64,000 nt of DNA from Tubiluchus corallicola (lineage: Eukaryota > Animalia > Priapulida). Positions 60,099 through 64,000 of this stretch are shown here, one piece after another. Both the position numbers and the translations under genes were made by a program. The first letter of the stretch is position 1. Every line of letters starts with the position of its first letter. The stretch is from NCBI GenBank assembly GCA_030141605.1, contig JAQGDQ010000739.1, positions 18,165 to 82,164 on the forward strand. Direction: 5' to 3'. The notes under the pieces were generated by a model. It was not told where the DNA came from and made no database searches. It worked only from the letters and a program-made list of their open reading frames with translations.

Positions 60099-62779
60099 AG
60101 ATTGCCAAATTGTAGCCAAGAATCTTATATTCTGTATGTTGAGTAAAGCATTAGATACACATTACTGTTACGTTAGAACAGATTGCCAAATTGTGGCCAA
60201 TAATCTCATATTCTGTATGTTGAGTAAAGCATTAGATACACATTACTGTTACGTTAGAAGAGATTGCCAAATTGTAGCCAAGAATCTCATATTCTGTATG
60301 TTGAGTTACGTTAGAAGAGATTGCCAAATTGTAGCCAAGAATCTCATATTCTGTATGTTGAGTAAAGCATTAGATACACATTACTGTTACGTTAGAAGAG
60401 ATTGCCAAATTGTAGCCAAGAATCTTATATTCTGTATGTTGAGTAAAGCATTAGATACACATTACTGTTACATTAGAACAGATTGCCAAATTGTGGCCAA
60501 GAATCTCATATTCTGTATGTTGAGTAAAGCATTAGATACACATTACTGTTACGTTAGAAGAGATTGCCAAATTGTAGCCAAGAATCTCATATTCTGTATG
60601 TTGAGTTACGTTAGAAGAGATCGCCAAATTGTAGCCAAGAATCTCATATTCTGTATGTTGAGTAAAGCATTAGATACACATTACTGTTACGTTAGAAGAG
60701 ATTGCCAAATTGTAGCCAAGAATCTCATATTCTGTATGTTGAGTACAGCATTAGATACACATTACTGTTACGTTAGAAGAGATTGCCAAATTGTAGCCAA
60801 GAATCTCATATTCTGTATGTTGAGTAAAGCATTAGATACACATTACTGTTACGTTAGAAGAGATTGCCAAATTGTAGCCAAGAATCTCATATTCTGTATG
60901 TTGAGTACAGCATTAGATACACATTACTGTTACGTTAGAACAGATCGCCAAATTGTAGCCAAGAATCTCATATTCTGTATGTTGAGTAAAGCATTAGATA
61001 CACATTACTGTTACGTTAGAACAGATTGACAAATTGTGGCCAAGAATCTCATATTCTGTATGTTGAGTAAAGTATTACATACACATTACTGTTACGTTAG
61101 AACACATCGCCAAATTGTAGCCAAGAATCTCATATTCTGTATGTTGAGTAAAGCATTAGATACACATTACTGTTACGTTAGAACAGATTGCCAAATTGTA
61201 GCCAAGAATCTCATATTCTGTATGTTGAGTAAAGCATTAGATACACATTACTGTTACGTTAGAACAGATCGCCAAATTGTAGCCAAGAATCTCATATTCT
61301 GTATGTTGAGTAAAGCATTAGATACACATTACTGTTACGTTAAAACAGATTGCCAAATTGTAGCCAAGAATCTCATATTCTGTATGTTGAGTAAAGCATT
61401 AGATACACATTCCTGTTACGTTAGAAGAGATCGCCAAATTGTAGCCAAGAATCTCTTATTCTGTATGTTGAGTCAAGCATTAGATACACATTACTGTTAC
61501 GTTAGAACAGATCGCCAAATTGTAGCCAAGAATCTCATATTCTGTATGTTGAGTAAAGCATTAGATACACATTACTGTTACGTTAGAAGAGATTTTCAAA
61601 TTGTAGCCAAGAATCTCATATTCTGCGTGAATTATGAAGGCAGGAAAAGTATGTTGAGTAAAGCATTAGATACACATTACTGTTACGTTAGAACAGATCC
61701 CCAAATTGTAGCCAACAATCTCATATTCTGTATGTTGAGTAAAGCATTAGATACACATTACTGTTACGTTAGAACAGATTGCCAAATTGTAGCCGAGAAT
61801 CTCATATTCTGTATGTTGAGTAAAGTATTAGATACACATTACTGTTACGTTAGAACAGATCGCCAAATTGTAGCCAAGAATCTCATATTCTGTATGTTGA
61901 GTAAAGCATTTGATACACATTACTGTTACGTTAGAACAGATCGCTAAATTGTGGCCAACAATCTCATATTCTGTATGTTGAGTAAAGCATTAGATACACA
62001 TTACTGTTACGTTAAAACAGATTGCCAAATTGTAGCCAAGAATCTCATATTCTGTATGTTGAGTAAAGCATTAGATACACATTCCTGTTACGTTAGAAGA
62101 GATCGCCAAATTGTAGCCAAGAATTTTTTTGTTGTTGGTGTTGTTTACTGTTACGTTAGAACAGATCGCTAAATTGTGGCCAACAATCTCATATTCTGTA
62201 TGTTGAGTAAAGCATTAGATACACATTACTGTTACGTTAGAAGAGATTTTCAAATTGTAGCCAAGAATCTCATATTCTGCGTGAATTATGAAGGCAGGAA
62301 AAGTATGTTGAGTAAAGCATTAGATACACATTACTGTTATGTTAGAACAGATCCCCAAATTGTAGCCAACAATCTCATATTCTGTATGTTGAGTAAAGCA
62401 TTAGATACACATTACTGTTACGTTAGAACAGATTGCCAAATTGTAGCCGAGAATCTCATATTCTGTATGTTGAGTAAAGTATTAGATACACATTACTGTT
62501 ACGTTAGAACAGATCGCCAAATTGTAGCCAAGAATCTCATATTCTGTATGTTGAGTAAAGCATTTGATACACATTACTGTTACGTTAGAACAGATCGCTA
62601 AATTGTGGCCAACAATCTCATATTCTGTATGTTGAGTAAAGCATTAGATACACATTACTGTTACGTTAGAAGAGATTTTCAAATTGTAGCCAAGAATCTC
62701 ATATTCTGCGTGAATTATGAAGGCAGGAAAAGTATGTTGAGTAAAGCATTAGATACACATTACTGTTATGTTAGAACAG
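60099..62779. repeat. 81-bp satellite (about 33 units) with 57-bp and 105-bp variants and higher-order blocks
   Basis: Unit AGATTGCCAAATTGTAGCCAAGAATCTCATATTCTGTATGTTGAGTAAAGCATTAGATACACATTACTGTTACGTTAGAA(C/G). Confidence 0.98.
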
Positions 62780-63114
62780 TCTTCTTGCAGAGGAAGTGCA
62801 TATCCATTGCAGTGGGCCCACGCTGAGTTAATTGCGCCAATATTGATTCCCTGCCTAATGCAGTTGCCTAAGCTAATTAGCGATTATGTGTGGAGTAGGC
62901 GTGGAACTGTGCGACTTAATTGATGCGTGGCACGCAAAATGGCTGAATGGGAAAGACAAAGTGTTTTGGATGAGATGCCAGTGTTTTTCCCCCGAGACTG
63001 AGCCATTGTGTGATGTCTAAAAAGCTGTCGCCGTTGTCAGGAAAGAACCACGATTATTAGATGTCCAAAAGAGCAGGCACAGTTTGTATACAAATAGACA
63101 GTCATTCTTGAGAA

Positions 63115-64000
63115 GAACCAACAATTCCTGAATATGTAGAAAAGCCCACCAACAATTCCTAAATATGCAGAAAAACCCACCAACAATTCCTAAATATGTA
63201 GAACAATCCACCAACAATTCCTAAATATGTAAAAAAATCCACCAACAATTCCCAAATATGTAGAAAAGTCCACCAATAATTCCTAAATATGTAGAAAAAT
63301 CCACCAGCAATTCCTAAATATGTAGAAAAACCCTCTAGCAATTCCTAAATATGTAGAAAAATCCACCAGCAATTCCTAAATATCTAGGAAAACCCACCAG
63401 CAATTCTTAAATATGTAGAAAAACCCACCAGCAATTCCTAAATATCTAGAAAAACCCACCAGCAATTCCTAAGTATCTAGAAAACCCACTAGCAATTCCT
63501 AAATATGTAGAAAAAAAACCCACAAAACAATTCCTAAATTCTAGAAAAACCCACCAGCAATTCTTAAATATGTAGAAAAACCCACCAACAATTCCTAAAT
63601 ATGTAGAAAAACCCACCAACAATTCCTAAGTATCTAGAAAACCCACTAGCAATTCCTAAATATGTAGAAAAAAACCCACAAAACAATTCCTAAATTCTAG
63701 AAAAACCCACCAGCAATTCCTAAATATGTAGAAAAACCCACCAACAATTCCTAAATATGTAGAAAAACTCACCAGCAATTCCTAAATATGTAGAAAAACT
63801 TACCAGCAATTCCTAAATATGTAGAAAAACCCCACCAACAATTCCTAAATATGTAGAAAAACCCACCAGCAATTCCTAAATATGTGGAAAAACCCACCAG
63901 CAATTCCTAAATATGTGGAAAAACCCACCAGCAATTCCTAAATATGTAGAAAAACCCACCATTAATTCCTAAATATGCAGAACAGCCCACCAGTAATTCC
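63115..64000. repeat. 31-bp minisatellite running off the window end
   Basis: Unit CCACCA(A/G)CAATTCCTAAATATGTAGAAAAAC. Confidence 0.97.

Overview
This is AT-rich, intron-containing metazoan DNA. It looks like a bilaterian invertebrate, possibly a lophotrochozoan, but the taxon is my inference. Two genes are supported, both on the + strand. (1) 1-1434 is the 5'-truncated, intron-free last part of an NF-kB p105/p100/Relish-type (or IkB-type) gene. It encodes six ankyrin repeats, an acidic insert and a partial seventh repeat, then stops without a death domain. (2) A SIPA1L/SPAR-family RapGAP gene has six reconstructable coding exons (25795-27292, 36037-36155, 41026-41214, 43161-43236, 44212-44310, 45507-45610; 695 codons, all phases compatible). 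The gene continues beyond the window, since the expected catalytic RKRHIGND exon was not found. The rest is intron or intergenic DNA containing hAT-type MITEs with 8-bp TSDs, a nested Tc1/pogo-type MITE, 5S- and tRNA-derived SINE-like heads, LINE tails, many locally seeded minisatellites and several microsatellites. The most striking oddity is a 53-bp tandem array built from the 3' end of a RapGAP coding exon plus its donor GT. It creates about 15 consecutive AG|GTATGT junctions, and each full unit is itself a GT...AG segment. No prokaryotic-type system (CRISPR, operon) is present. Most short ORFs in the supplied track are repeat or chance ORFs. All analysis was done by eye, without database searches.
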